Assembly (NCBI GenBank): GCA_035499295.1
Contig: DATJZG010000150.1
Coordinates: 8,675 to 72,674, forward strand
From: Anaeromyxobacteraceae bacterium
GTDB taxonomy: Bacteria > Myxococcota > Myxococcia > Myxococcales > Anaeromyxobacteraceae
DNA length: 64,000 nucleotides
Direction: 5' to 3'
Shown: in pieces, positions 17,636 to 26,973 of the stretch
Layout of the letters: each line of letters begins with the position of its first letter
How positions within the stretch are numbered: position 1 is the stretch's first letter
Position numbers and translations under genes: made by a program
The notes under the pieces: generated by a model
The model's database searches: none
Told to the model about the DNA's origin: nothing
What the model saw: only the letters and a program-made list of their open reading frames with translations

Positions 17636-18677
17636 GGAAGCCTTCAAGCCGCACCTGTCGGGACTCTCCGCCTACCCCTACAAGAAGGTGGAAGCGCCCA
17701 TCAAGCTCGACCAGAACGAGAGCCCCTGGGACCTCCCCGCCGACCTGAAGGAGCGGGCCCTCTCGCGGATGCGGGAGACCCCGTGGAACCGATACCCCGA
17801 CATGCACGCGGAAGCCGTGCGCGCCCTCGTCGCCCGCCACCAGGACTGGCCCGAGGAAGGAGTGGTGGTGGCCCCGGGGTCGAACTTCCTCGTGCTCGCC
17901 CTGGCTCTCGCCGCGAACCGCGTCCTCGACACCGTTCCCTCCTTCGCCTTCTACGAGGGGGCGGCCCGCCTCGCCGGGACGCCCTTCGAGGCGGTCCCGC
18001 TCAGCGAGGGGTTCGGGCTGCCGGCGGAGGCGCTCCTCGCGCGGATGGGCGCGCCCGCGGGCGTCCTCTTCCTCGCCGTGCCGCACGCTCCCACCGGCGC
18101 GCTCTTCCCCGAGGCGGAGGTTCGGCGGCTCGCCGAGCGGGCCCGGGAGAAGGGCTGGCTCTTCGCCGTCGACGAGGCCTACTTCCAGTTCTCCGGCACC
18201 GACCACCGCGGGCTCGCGCGAGAGAATCCCTCGGTCGTGCTCCTGCGCACCTTCTCCAAGGCCTTCGGGCTCGGCGGGGTGCGCGCGGGCTACCTGCTCG
18301 CCCGGCCGGAGGTGGCGGGGAAGCTCCAGGCCATGCTCCCCCCCTTCGACGTCCCCGCCCACACCGCCGCGGTTCTCGCCACGGTTCTCGAGGCGCCGGA
18401 GCGGGCCCGGGAGGCGGCAGCGCGCCTCGTCGCCGAGCGGGACCGCATGATCGCCGCGCTCGGGCGCCACCCGAGCTGGGTCGCGCACCCGAGCCGGGCG
18501 AACTTCTTCCTGGTGCGCACACCCGATGCCGAGGCGGCGTGGAAGGGGCTCCTCGAGGCTGGCGTGCTGGTGCGGCGCCAGGATCACCTCCCGGGCCTCA
18601 AAGGATGCCTGCGCGTTTCGGTGGGCACGCCCGCCGAGAACGACGCCTTCCTCAAGGCCGCGGCGGCGCTCCGGTAG
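17634..18677 (+). CDS. hisC: Histidinol-phosphate aminotransferase
   Basis: MEAFKPHLSGLSAYPYKK..IKLDQNESPWDLP and TFSKAFGLGGVRAGY (PLP lysine) are present. This is the internal ATG of the 17259-18677 frame. Confidence 0.85.
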   Translation: MEAFKPHLSGLSAYPYKKVEAPIKLDQNESPWDLPADLKERALSRMRETPWNRYPDMHAEAVRALVARHQDWPEEGVVVAPGSNFLVLALALAANRVLDTVPSFAFYEGAARLAGTPFEAVPLSEGFGLPAEALLARMGAPAGVLFLAVPHAPTGALFPEAEVRRLAERAREKGWLFAVDEAYFQFSGTDHRGLARENPSVVLLRTFSKAFGLGGVRAGYLLARPEVAGKLQAMLPPFDVPAHTAAVLATVLEAPERAREAAARLVAERDRMIAALGRHPSWVAHPSRANFFLVRTPDAEAAWKGLLEAGVLVRRQDHLPGLKGCLRVSVGTPAENDAFLKAAAALR

Positions 18678-19053
18678 GCGCTGGCAGGACGGCTCGGTCT
18701 CCTCGCGAGCGTTGGTCGGTCGGCTGTCGAAAGATCGAGGGCGGACCAGGTCCACGAGTCGCCTTGGCATTGCACTGCGCCTTCCGCCCCAACGGGGTGC
18801 CTTAGCGCGTGTCTTGGGGGTGAAGCACGCTGCGTGAATAGCCCCAGTCAGGACTAGGCCCCTGAGTGATTTCACGCACTTTCGGGTGATATGCGCTGCA
18901 AGATGCTCGCAACAAATTCAAATAGTTAAGACCTTATCCCATCGCTCCGAGTCAAGGTGCGCTCCGTGCATGCGCGAACCCACACCTTTGATACTTGGTC
19001 ATCTTGTCCCATACGGGGCGCTCGGGTGGGGCCACCGAGCCGGGGGAGATTAC

Positions 19054-21930
19054 ATGCGCCGCGCCGTCGTCCTGTCCTGCGTTGTTGCAATTCTTGCCGC
19101 CTGTAGCAGCAAGGGGAAACCCACGGTCTCCGCGGACCAACTCCGAAACAAGATGCTCGCGAATCTGGGGACCCAGCCGGCCGGCACCACGGTCCTCTTC
19201 CTCAACATCTCCGGGGTGAGCCTGGGGTCGGTGAGCACGAACCCTCCCCTGTCGTGGACCTGTGACAGCGCGGGCGATTCCTGCGGCGTCTACGCGACTC
19301 CAGGCATCGCGGTCACGTTCACCGCGAGCCCCAACAGCAACGCGGTCTTCACGAGCTGGGGCGGCCAGTGCAGCGGCAACGGAGCCTGCGCGATCACGAC
19401 GAGCGGGGTGCAGTCGGTGCTCGCCGTCTTCCAGCCGCACACGGTGACCGCCGTCCTCTCCGGCCTCGGAAGCGGGTCGGTGACCTCCAGCTACGGGACG
19501 CCGGCGTGCGGCGGCGGCCAGTGCGTCCTCACCCTCCCGAGCTCCGGCGCTCCCGCGAACGTGACGCTCACGGCCGCGCCGGCGTCGAACTCGTACTTCG
19601 CCGGGTGGTACGGCGCCAACTGCGGCGGGACGGGCACCTGCACGGTCCCGACGGGCCAGGCTCAGATGGTGAACGCCGTCTTCCAGACGAACCAGACCGC
19701 CATCACGGTCTGGGTCCCGGGCACGCCCGTCCTCGGGGACGGGGGCGGCGGGACCATCAATGCGACCGGCACCCTCGAGTCAAGCTGTTCCTTCGTAGGG
19801 GCCACCACCTGCACCTTCCACGTGAACACGAACCAGCTGCCGGTGAGCGTGACGCTCTCCGCGACGCCGAACAACTACTCGGCGTTCACCGGTTGGGGCG
19901 GCGAGTGCTCGGGCACCGCTCCGTGCACGCTCAACATCACGCAGCCCACGAACGTCACTGCGGTGTTCCTGGCCTACGAGCTCGGCGTGAACGTGTACGG
20001 CTACGGATCGGTGAGCTCGAGCCCCGGTCTCGTCAGCTGCTCCGACAAGACCACGCCCTGCACGATCGACTTCGCGACGGGCTCCCCGCCCACGCTCACC
20101 CTCACGGCGACGCCGGCGCCGAACTACACCTTCCTCGGGTGGTCGGGCGCGTGCACCGGGACCGGAACCTGCCAGATTTCGACCACCACCCCTTCGAACT
20201 CCGTTTCCGCCTTCTTCCAGATAGCGATACCCGCGAACGGGTCGGCGCCCATCATCCAGTTCTTCGCGGCGAACCCGAGCTCCATCCCGAACGGCGGGGT
20301 GACGACCCTCAGCTGGATCGTGGCGGGGGCGACGACGCTCAACCTCGCCTACGGCAGCATCAGCACCCCCGTCTACGCCTCGCCCATGACGGTCAAGCCC
20401 ACGTTCCTGTCGAGCTCGGTCACGTTCACCCTCACCGCGACGAACGCGAACGGCACGAGCACGAAGCAGGCCATCGTCACCCTGGCGCTTCCCCCGACGG
20501 CGCAGACCTACAACCATCAACCGCCATGGACGTGGGTCGACCCGACGCTCACCCAGCAGTGCCAGAACATGGTCCAAGTCGGCGGGAACCACGCCTGCGG
20601 CGGCGACATGTCGTTCTACATGCCCCTCAACTGCACCCAGTGCCACGGCAACGGGAGCGACTTCACGCCGGACGGCGGCCCCTCCAGCGTCTCCTGCGCG
20701 GCCTGCCACCTGAACGCCTTCGCGAGCACCACCTGCGGCGGCTTCGGCGTGGCGAGCCCTTGCTCCTGCGACCTCTGCCACACGCCCGCGCAGATCACGA
20801 ACAAGATGGGGACGACCACCTCCCAGAGCTCCTGCACCCTCTGTCACGGGGACGCGACCATTTCGAACACCGCCATCAACGCCGCGCCCGGCCGGGACAC
20901 CCTCGGCAACACGTCCACGAGCGCCCCGTTCGTGGGCGCCCACGCGGCGCACCTGAATGCGGGTGTCCTGAGCCAGGCCATCGCCTGCACCGAGTGCCAT
21001 ACGGTGCCCCCGAGTGGCGACACGACCCACTTCAGCACCTTCCCGTCGCCGGTCGCCTTCAACTGGGGCCCCCTCGCTTCCTCCGCCGGTGTGACCCCGA
21101 GCTGGAACGGCGTTGCCTACACCTGCACGAACTACTGCCACGGCGCGACGCTCAGCGGCGGCACCCTCACCAAGCCGACCTGGACGGTGGTGAACGGGAC
21201 CCAGGCTGCCTGCGGCACCTGCCACGGAGCCCCGCCGCCGTCTCCGCACCCTGCGGCGACGCTCGCGCAGTGCCACGGGTGCCACTCCGGCACCGTCAAC
21301 TCCGACGGCACCATCAACGTCGCCGGCGGCCTGCACGTCGACGGGGTCGTCGAGATCACCGGCGGGACCTGCACGAGCTGCCACGGCAACTCGAACATCT
21401 CGCAGTTCCCCCTCGACGCGGCGCCGCCCTACGACACCCTCGGCAACTCGGCCACGTCGGCTCCTGGCGTCGGGGCCCACCAGATCCATCTCGTGAACAC
21501 CGACCTGCGATCGAGCCCGATCGCCTGCACCGAGTGCCACGTCGTGCCGGGCGACACCACGCACTCGACCGAGCCGCTCAACCTGACCTGGGGGCTTCTC
21601 GCGTCCGCGTGCATCACGACGAACTGCACGCCCGGGCCTTCCTTCAACACGGCAACGCTGCAGTGCACGAACTACTGCCACGGTTCGAACCTCGGTGCCG
21701 GAGGCTCGAACACGAATCCGCAGTGGAACAAGGTGGATGGCACCCAGGCCGCCTGCGGCACCTGCCACGGCCTCCCGCCGCCCCCGAGCACGGGCCACGT
21801 CCAGCTGAACGGGTGCGGATTCTGCCACTGCGGGTACACGACGGGCGCCTACGCCGGCATGCCCATCAACTCGACCACGGTGAATCTCCAGCAGCACATG
21901 GACGCCAACGTCGAGGTGGAGTGCGAGTGA
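19054..21930 (+). CDS. Multiheme c-type cytochrome lipoprotein with four N-terminal B-repeat-like modules and an Ig-like module
   Basis: ATG at 19054. Lipobox is VVAILAAC|SS. There are four modules of about 85 aa ending VLAVFQP, VNAVFQT, VTAVFLA and VSAFFQI, each with F[TA]GW.G.C.G...C. The C-terminal 420 aa carries 11 CXXCH motifs (CTQCH, CAACH, CDLCH, CTLCH, CTECH x2, CGTCH x2, CHGCH, CTSCH, CGFCH) and 2 CTNYCH motifs. Confidence 0.85.
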   Translation: MRRAVVLSCVVAILAACSSKGKPTVSADQLRNKMLANLGTQPAGTTVLFLNISGVSLGSVSTNPPLSWTCDSAGDSCGVYATPGIAVTFTASPNSNAVFTSWGGQCSGNGACAITTSGVQSVLAVFQPHTVTAVLSGLGSGSVTSSYGTPACGGGQCVLTLPSSGAPANVTLTAAPASNSYFAGWYGANCGGTGTCTVPTGQAQMVNAVFQTNQTAITVWVPGTPVLGDGGGGTINATGTLESSCSFVGATTCTFHVNTNQLPVSVTLSATPNNYSAFTGWGGECSGTAPCTLNITQPTNVTAVFLAYELGVNVYGYGSVSSSPGLVSCSDKTTPCTIDFATGSPPTLTLTATPAPNYTFLGWSGACTGTGTCQISTTTPSNSVSAFFQIAIPANGSAPIIQFFAANPSSIPNGGVTTLSWIVAGATTLNLAYGSISTPVYASPMTVKPTFLSSSVTFTLTATNANGTSTKQAIVTLALPPTAQTYNHQPPWTWVDPTLTQQCQNMVQVGGNHACGGDMSFYMPLNCTQCHGNGSDFTPDGGPSSVSCAACHLNAFASTTCGGFGVASPCSCDLCHTPAQITNKMGTTTSQSSCTLCHGDATISNTAINAAPGRDTLGNTSTSAPFVGAHAAHLNAGVLSQAIACTECHTVPPSGDTTHFSTFPSPVAFNWGPLASSAGVTPSWNGVAYTCTNYCHGATLSGGTLTKPTWTVVNGTQAACGTCHGAPPPSPHPAATLAQCHGCHSGTVNSDGTINVAGGLHVDGVVEITGGTCTSCHGNSNISQFPLDAAPPYDTLGNSATSAPGVGAHQIHLVNTDLRSSPIACTECHVVPGDTTHSTEPLNLTWGLLASACITTNCTPGPSFNTATLQCTNYCHGSNLGAGGSNTNPQWNKVDGTQAACGTCHGLPPPPSTGHVQLNGCGFCHCGYTTGAYAGMPINSTTVNLQQHMDANVEVECE

Positions 21931-22162
21931 CGGCGCGCCCGTCCCGCCACCGCCCCGCCTTGAGCCAGCTCGAAGGGGGGCTGTGGGCGATCTCCCGAGC
22001 CGGCTCGCATGAGGGGTAGCCTGGGGCACGTCGAGCACCGCTGCCGGCGGAGCTCCACGCGCCGGCCCCCGAGGCGGGCGGGCATCCTCTGCGCCGGAGC
22101 CGGGTCCGTCGACCCGGGGGCGCGTCTGTCCTAAGATGGGGATGGGGCAGGAGGGGCAACGG

Positions 22163-22591
22163 ATGGCCATCCCGTGGACTCCGGCGCTGGCGATCGGCGT
22201 CCCGGAGATCGACCAGCAGCACCAGGAGCTCTTCGCCCGCATCGAGCGGCTCGTGGCCGGCGTGGTGCGGGGGGATCGGGCGCAGGTCGAGCAGCTCCTC
22301 GACTTCCTCGGCCACTACGTCGAGAAGCACTTCGGAGCCGAGGAGCGCTGGATGATCCGCAGCGCCTACCCGAGCTACATGCGCCACAAGGCGGAGCACG
22401 AGCGGTTCATCCGCGACTACGAGCGCATGCGGCTCGAGTACCAGGACAAGGGCCCGAGCGCGCTCGTGGGGATGCGGATGAACAACTGGATCGGGGAGTG
22501 GCTGCGGGGCCACATCAGCCACTCCGACATGGAGTTCGGCCGCTTCCTCGCGACCAAGCTCTCGGCGGACGAGCTCGCCGGAGGGGAGTAG
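22163..22591 (+). CDS. Bacteriohemerythrin-like protein
   Basis: MAIPWTPALAIGVPEIDQQHQELF, HFGAEERWM, HKAEHERF and WLRGHISHSDMEF supply the His/Glu/Asp di-iron ligand pattern. AGGAGG lies upstream. Confidence 0.85.
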   Translation: MAIPWTPALAIGVPEIDQQHQELFARIERLVAGVVRGDRAQVEQLLDFLGHYVEKHFGAEERWMIRSAYPSYMRHKAEHERFIRDYERMRLEYQDKGPSALVGMRMNNWIGEWLRGHISHSDMEFGRFLATKLSADELAGGE

Positions 22592-22823
22592 GGAGCTCGC
22601 CCCCCGGGGGGGGCCGCGGGCGGCGCGCCGAGGCGGAGACCGCCCGCTCCCGCTCGGGCTGCGCCGGGCCGGAGGGCCGAGGCGGCAGAGACCCGGGCTG
22701 TGGCGGGGAGCCGCGGACGCGCGCCCCCGGTTCCCGAGGCGGAAGGGCCCGCGCTCTGCGAGCGGGGGTCTTCGCACGGGGCGGCGCGCTCCGACCACTG
22801 TCCCCCGTTGGCGGGAGCCGGTC

Positions 22824-23027
22824 CTAGTGCTCGACCTTGAAGCCGATGCGGACGGTCACCTGGAACTCCGACACCTTCCCGCTCTTGATGGCGCCTCGGA
22901 CCTCGGCCACCTCGAACCAGCTCATGTTGCGGACGGTCTTCCCGGCCTCGGCCACGGCCGCCCGGATGGCTTCCGCGACGCTCTCCGAAGACGTTCCGAC
23001 GACCTCGATCTTCTTGTAGGCGGCCAT
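22824..23027 (-). CDS. Dodecin-family flavin-binding protein
   Basis: The 67-aa sequence is MAAYKKIEVVGTSSESVAEAIRAAVAEAGKTVRNMSWFEVAEVRGAIKSGKVSEFQVTVRIGFKVEH. It matches the dodecin pattern (YK.IE.vG.S..S.edAi..A...a.kT.rn..WFEV.e.RG.i..g.v..yqV.l.vgF.le). AGGAG RBS. Confidence 0.85.
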   Translation of the reverse strand: MAAYKKIEVVGTSSESVAEAIRAAVAEAGKTVRNMSWFEVAEVRGAIKSGKVSEFQVTVRIGFKVEH

Positions 23028-23146
23028 GGTGTCGAAGCTCCTTTCGATGAGGGACGGGTTGTAAACGCGAGGTGGGTAGATGTAAACACGAAGTCACGCC
23101 GCGCGTCGACGAGCGCGCGCCGCCGCGCCGCGACGCGGCGCGCTAC

Positions 23147-23176
23147 TTGACTCTCGGGGCCCCAAATCGGTAGTTA
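23147..23176 (+). promoter_or_regulatory. sigma70-like promoter candidate TTGACT-N18-TAGTTA upstream of the spt-like gene
   Basis: Hexamers read directly at 23147-23152 and 23171-23176, 43 nt upstream of the ATG at 23219. Confidence 0.35.
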
Positions 23177-23218
23177 AGGCCCGTCCGGAGGACTGTCGGA
23201 GCCGGGACGCGAGGGAAG

Positions 23219-24757
23219 ATGGCCGATCTATTCGATAAATGTGCCGGATGGAAGGACGCCCAGGTCCTCAAGCTGGCGGGCCACTACCCCTACTACCGGA
23301 TCATCGGGGAGACCAACGGAACCGAGGTCGTGGTCGACGGCAAACGTCTCATCATGGCCTGTTCCAACAACTACCTGGGCCTCGCGAACGACCCCCGGGT
23401 GAAGGAGGCGGCCGCGGAGGCCGCCCGGACCTGGGGGGCGTCCACCTGCGGCTCCCGGCTCCTGAACGGCACCCTCACGCTCCACGACGAGCTCGACCAC
23501 CGCCTGGCCAGCTACCTCGGCAAGGAGGCGGCGGTCGTCTTCTCCACCGGCTTCCAGACGAACGTGGGGACCATCGGCTCGCTCGTCCTGCGCCACGACC
23601 TCATCTTCGCCGACCGGATGGTCCACGCCTCCCTGGTGGAGGGCATGCACGCCGCCTACGGGGAGACGAAGCGCTTTCGCCACAACAACATGGAGGACCT
23701 GGAGCGGCTGCTCGCCAACTCCGATCCCGACGCCGGGAAGCTCATCGTCGTCGACGGCGTCTATTCCATGGAGGGGGACCTCGCCAACCTGCCGAGAATC
23801 GTGGAGCTGAAGAAGAAGTACGGCGCCCGGCTCATGGTGGACGAGGCCCACGGCTTCGGCGTCATGGGGCCGGGCGGGCGCGGGACGGGAGAGCACTTCG
23901 GGGTCCACGGGGACGTGGACCTCATCATGACCACCTTCTCGAAGTCGCTCGCCTCCATCGGAGGGGTGATCGCCGGGCGGGCGGACGTGGTGAACTGGAT
24001 CCGCCACAAGGCCCGGGCGCTCGTCTTCAGCGCCTCCATGACCCCCCCGGCGGCGGCCGCGGCCCTGAAGGCGCTCGAGATCATCGAGAAGGAGCCCGAG
24101 CGGCGCGAGAGGCTCTGGAACATCTCCGAGCGCGTCCACCGGGAGCTGCGCGGGCTCGGGTTCGACACCACCCCCTCGGTCTCCCCCGTCGTCCCGGTGG
24201 TGATCGGCGACCAGGCCCTGTGCTTCAAGTTCTGGCGCCGCCTCACGGACCTCGGCCTGTTCGCGAGCCCGGTGGTGCGCCCGGCGGTCGAGAAGGAACT
24301 CGTCCGGACCGTCTTCATGGCCACCCACACCGACGAGCACATCGACCGGGCGCTGGAGATGTTCCAGGCGGCCGGCCGCGACCTCGGCATCATCCCCTAC
24401 GAGCGCCCCCACACCCGCGTCGAGGTGAAGATGGCCCGCCCGGGGGTCACCGGCTTCTTCTCCTCCCACGACGCCGACACGACCGCGCCGGGCATCCAGG
24501 ACGGCGGGGGCCGGCTCGAGATCGCCGACGTCCTCTTCGAGGAGGGGGCCCCCTGGGCACAGCGGCTCTCCAACGCAGCCGAGATGATCACCTGGAAGGC
24601 CGTCAACGCCGGCCCCGAGGACCTGAAGCAGCTGAAGGAGCTGCCGGTGCGCCTGTGGGAGAAGCGGCGCCAGATCCCGACGCTCCTCCTCTCCGCCGGC
24701 ATGAACCTCATGTCGCGGCGCCGCGACAACGGCGCCTCCTCCGAGCGCGACGCCTAA
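23219..24757 (+). CDS. PLP-dependent alpha-oxoamine synthase (serine palmitoyltransferase / KBL / BioF family) with a roughly 120-aa C-terminal extension
   Basis: NNYLGL, SGFQTN-like STGFQTN, VDEAHGFGV and TFSKSLASIGG (PLP lysine) are present. Confidence 0.85.
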   Translation: MADLFDKCAGWKDAQVLKLAGHYPYYRIIGETNGTEVVVDGKRLIMACSNNYLGLANDPRVKEAAAEAARTWGASTCGSRLLNGTLTLHDELDHRLASYLGKEAAVVFSTGFQTNVGTIGSLVLRHDLIFADRMVHASLVEGMHAAYGETKRFRHNNMEDLERLLANSDPDAGKLIVVDGVYSMEGDLANLPRIVELKKKYGARLMVDEAHGFGVMGPGGRGTGEHFGVHGDVDLIMTTFSKSLASIGGVIAGRADVVNWIRHKARALVFSASMTPPAAAAALKALEIIEKEPERRERLWNISERVHRELRGLGFDTTPSVSPVVPVVIGDQALCFKFWRRLTDLGLFASPVVRPAVEKELVRTVFMATHTDEHIDRALEMFQAAGRDLGIIPYERPHTRVEVKMARPGVTGFFSSHDADTTAPGIQDGGGRLEIADVLFEEGAPWAQRLSNAAEMITWKAVNAGPEDLKQLKELPVRLWEKRRQIPTLLLSAGMNLMSRRRDNGASSERDA

Positions 24758-24784
24758 CCCGCCGCCCACCCCAGGACGCCCACC

Positions 24785-25966
24785 ATGACCAGGCCTGTCG
24801 CCGTCCCCCGGATCGCCGAGGTCGCCCAGCCCGCCAAGGACGTGGAGGTGTCGCTGGTCGCCACGGGCCTCGAGAAGGACCGCTTCATCCGCTTTCAGTG
24901 GGAGATGTACGGGAACGACCCGTTCTGGGTACCGCCGCTCCTCATGGAGCGCCACGAGTTCCTCGACGCCCGGAAGAACCCCTTCTACCGCCACGCCGAG
25001 GTGGCGCTCTTCCTCGCCACCCGCGACGGGAAGGTGGTGGGGCGCATCGCCGCCGTCGAGGACCGGAACTACAACGCCTTCCACGGCTCCAAGGTCGCCT
25101 ACTTCGGACTCTTCGAGTGCATCGACGACGTGGGGGTGGCGGCCGCCCTGCTCGCCGCCGCCCGCAACTGGGCCCGCTGGCGGGGGCTGCGCCAGCTCAT
25201 CGGCCCGATGAGCCTCTCCACCAACTACGACTGCGGCCTCCTCGTGGAGGGGTTCGACTCGTCGCCCTACGTGATGACGGGCTACAACCCGCCCTACTAC
25301 CGGGAGCTCCTCGAGGCCTGCGGGCTCAAGAAGGCGAAGGACCTCTACGCCTTCGAGCGCTCCGCCAAGATCCCCCCGCCGGAGCGCTACGTCCGCGTCG
25401 CCGACAAGATCCGGTCGCACGAGGGCATCACGGTGCGCGCGCTCGACCTCGAGGACTTCGACAACGAGGTGGGGCGCATCAAGGCCGTCTACAACTCGGC
25501 CTGGGAGAAGAACTGGGGCTTCGTGCCCATGACCGACGCCGAGTTCGACAAGCTGGCGAAGGACCTGCGCCCGCTCGTGGTGCCGGACCTGGCGCTCATC
25601 GCCGAGAGCCACGGCGAGCCCATCGCCTTCTCCCTCACCATCCCGGACATCAACCAGGCCTTCAAGAAGGTGGGCGGGCGGCTCACCAGCTACGGCCTCC
25701 CCATCGGGCTCGCGAAGCTCCTCTGGTACCAGAAGCGCATCACCAAGGTTCGGCTCATGGCGCTCGGCATCAAGGAGGGCTGGCGGCGCCGCGGGATCGA
25801 CGCGGTGCTCATCGTCGAGACCATCCGGCGCGCCGACCAGCTCGGCTACGAGGGCGGAGAGGTGAGCTGGACGCTCGAGGACAACGACCTCGTCAACCGG
25901 GCCATCGAGGCCGCCGGGAGCCGGCGCTCCAAGGTCTACCGGATCTACGAGACCGCCGTCGAGTAA
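24785..25966 (+). CDS. GNAT-like N-acyltransferase (candidate bacterial ceramide synthase)
   Basis: 393 aa. The C-terminal acyl-CoA N-acyltransferase-like core is LMALGIKEGWRRRGIDAVLIVE. It sits 27 nt after the spt-like gene and 2 nt before the reductase-like gene. Confidence 0.6.
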   Translation: MTRPVAVPRIAEVAQPAKDVEVSLVATGLEKDRFIRFQWEMYGNDPFWVPPLLMERHEFLDARKNPFYRHAEVALFLATRDGKVVGRIAAVEDRNYNAFHGSKVAYFGLFECIDDVGVAAALLAAARNWARWRGLRQLIGPMSLSTNYDCGLLVEGFDSSPYVMTGYNPPYYRELLEACGLKKAKDLYAFERSAKIPPPERYVRVADKIRSHEGITVRALDLEDFDNEVGRIKAVYNSAWEKNWGFVPMTDAEFDKLAKDLRPLVVPDLALIAESHGEPIAFSLTIPDINQAFKKVGGRLTSYGLPIGLAKLLWYQKRITKVRLMALGIKEGWRRRGIDAVLIVETIRRADQLGYEGGEVSWTLEDNDLVNRAIEAAGSRRSKVYRIYETAVE

Positions 25967-25968
25967 CC

Positions 25969-26961
25969 GTGCGCTGGCTCGTCACCGGGGCGACGGGGTT
26001 CATCGGCCTGAACCTCGCCGAGCGGCTCGTCCGCCGCGGCAACGAGGTCCGGGCGCTGGTGCGCGACCCCGCCCGCCCCGGCGAGCTCGGGGACCTCGGC
26101 GCCGAGCTCTTCCAGGGAGACGTCTCCCGCCCCGGTAGCCTGCAGAGGGCCGTCGAGGGCGTCGACGCGGTCGTCCACCTCGCCGGCCTGGTGAAGGCGG
26201 TCAGCCGCGAGGAGCTCTTCCGGGTGAACGTGGAGGGCACGCGCGAGCTGGCGCGGGCGGCGGCCGCGGCGGGGCGCCTTCCCTTCGTCCTCGTCTCGTC
26301 GCTCGCCGCCGCCGGCCCGTCGCGGCCCGGCCACCCGCGGGTGGAGGAGGATCCCCCCGCCCCGGTGAGCCAGTACGGGGAGAGCAAGCTCGCGGCCGAG
26401 GAGGCGATGCGATCCGTCGCGGGCGAGCTCGAGGCGACGGTGGTGCGCCCGCCGCTCGTCTACGGCCCCCGCGACAAGGAGATGCTGCCCGCGCTCTTCC
26501 GCATGGCGCGCGCCCGGGTAGTGGTGAAGGCCGGCTTCGGCGAGAAGCGCTACAGCGCCATCCACGTCGACGACCTGTGCGAGCTCATCGAGCTCGCCGC
26601 GCTCCGCGGCCGCCGCCTCTCGGCCTCGGGGAGCGAGGGCGTCTACTTCGCCGACGACGGGGTGGAGTACACCTGGGAGGACCTGGGCCGATCGGCGCTC
26701 GAGGCGCTCGGCCGCCGCGGGGTGGTGCTGCCCTTGCCGGAGGCGGCGAGCTGGCTCGCCGCCGGGATCTCCTCGGCGGCGGCCCGCGTCACCGGCCGGG
26801 CGGCCATCCTCTCGCTCGACAAGATGCTCGAGATCCGCGAGGCAGCCTGGACCTCCTCGAGCGCCCGGGCGCGGCGGGAGCTGGGCTGGGCGCCCCGCCT
26901 CGGCCTCGAGGAGGGGATGCGCCGCTCGGTGGGGTGGTTCCGGGCGCGCGGGCTCGTCTGA
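25969..26961 (+). CDS. NAD(P)-dependent epimerase/dehydratase-family (SDR) reductase
   Basis: GTG at 25969. VTGATGFIGLNL is the glycine-rich loop and YGESK is the YxxxK motif. This is the last part of the artefactual 23239-26961 frame. Confidence 0.8.
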   Translation: MRWLVTGATGFIGLNLAERLVRRGNEVRALVRDPARPGELGDLGAELFQGDVSRPGSLQRAVEGVDAVVHLAGLVKAVSREELFRVNVEGTRELARAAAAAGRLPFVLVSSLAAAGPSRPGHPRVEEDPPAPVSQYGESKLAAEEAMRSVAGELEATVVRPPLVYGPRDKEMLPALFRMARARVVVKAGFGEKRYSAIHVDDLCELIELAALRGRRLSASGSEGVYFADDGVEYTWEDLGRSALEALGRRGVVLPLPEAASWLAAGISSAAARVTGRAAILSLDKMLEIREAAWTSSSARARRELGWAPRLGLEEGMRRSVGWFRARGLV

Positions 26962-26973
26962 AAGCGGGGAGCG

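Noticed and set aside
18765-18779. sigma54-like TGGCATTGCACTGC upstream of the multiheme cytochrome gene
   Set aside because: The GG and GC elements are separated by 9 nt rather than 10. Spacing is critical for sigma54 binding.
22163-23027. A functional link between the adjacent hemerythrin and dodecin genes and the multiheme cytochrome
   Set aside because: The genes are on different strands or separated by long gaps, and each has its own RBS. Adjacency alone does not support calling them a system.
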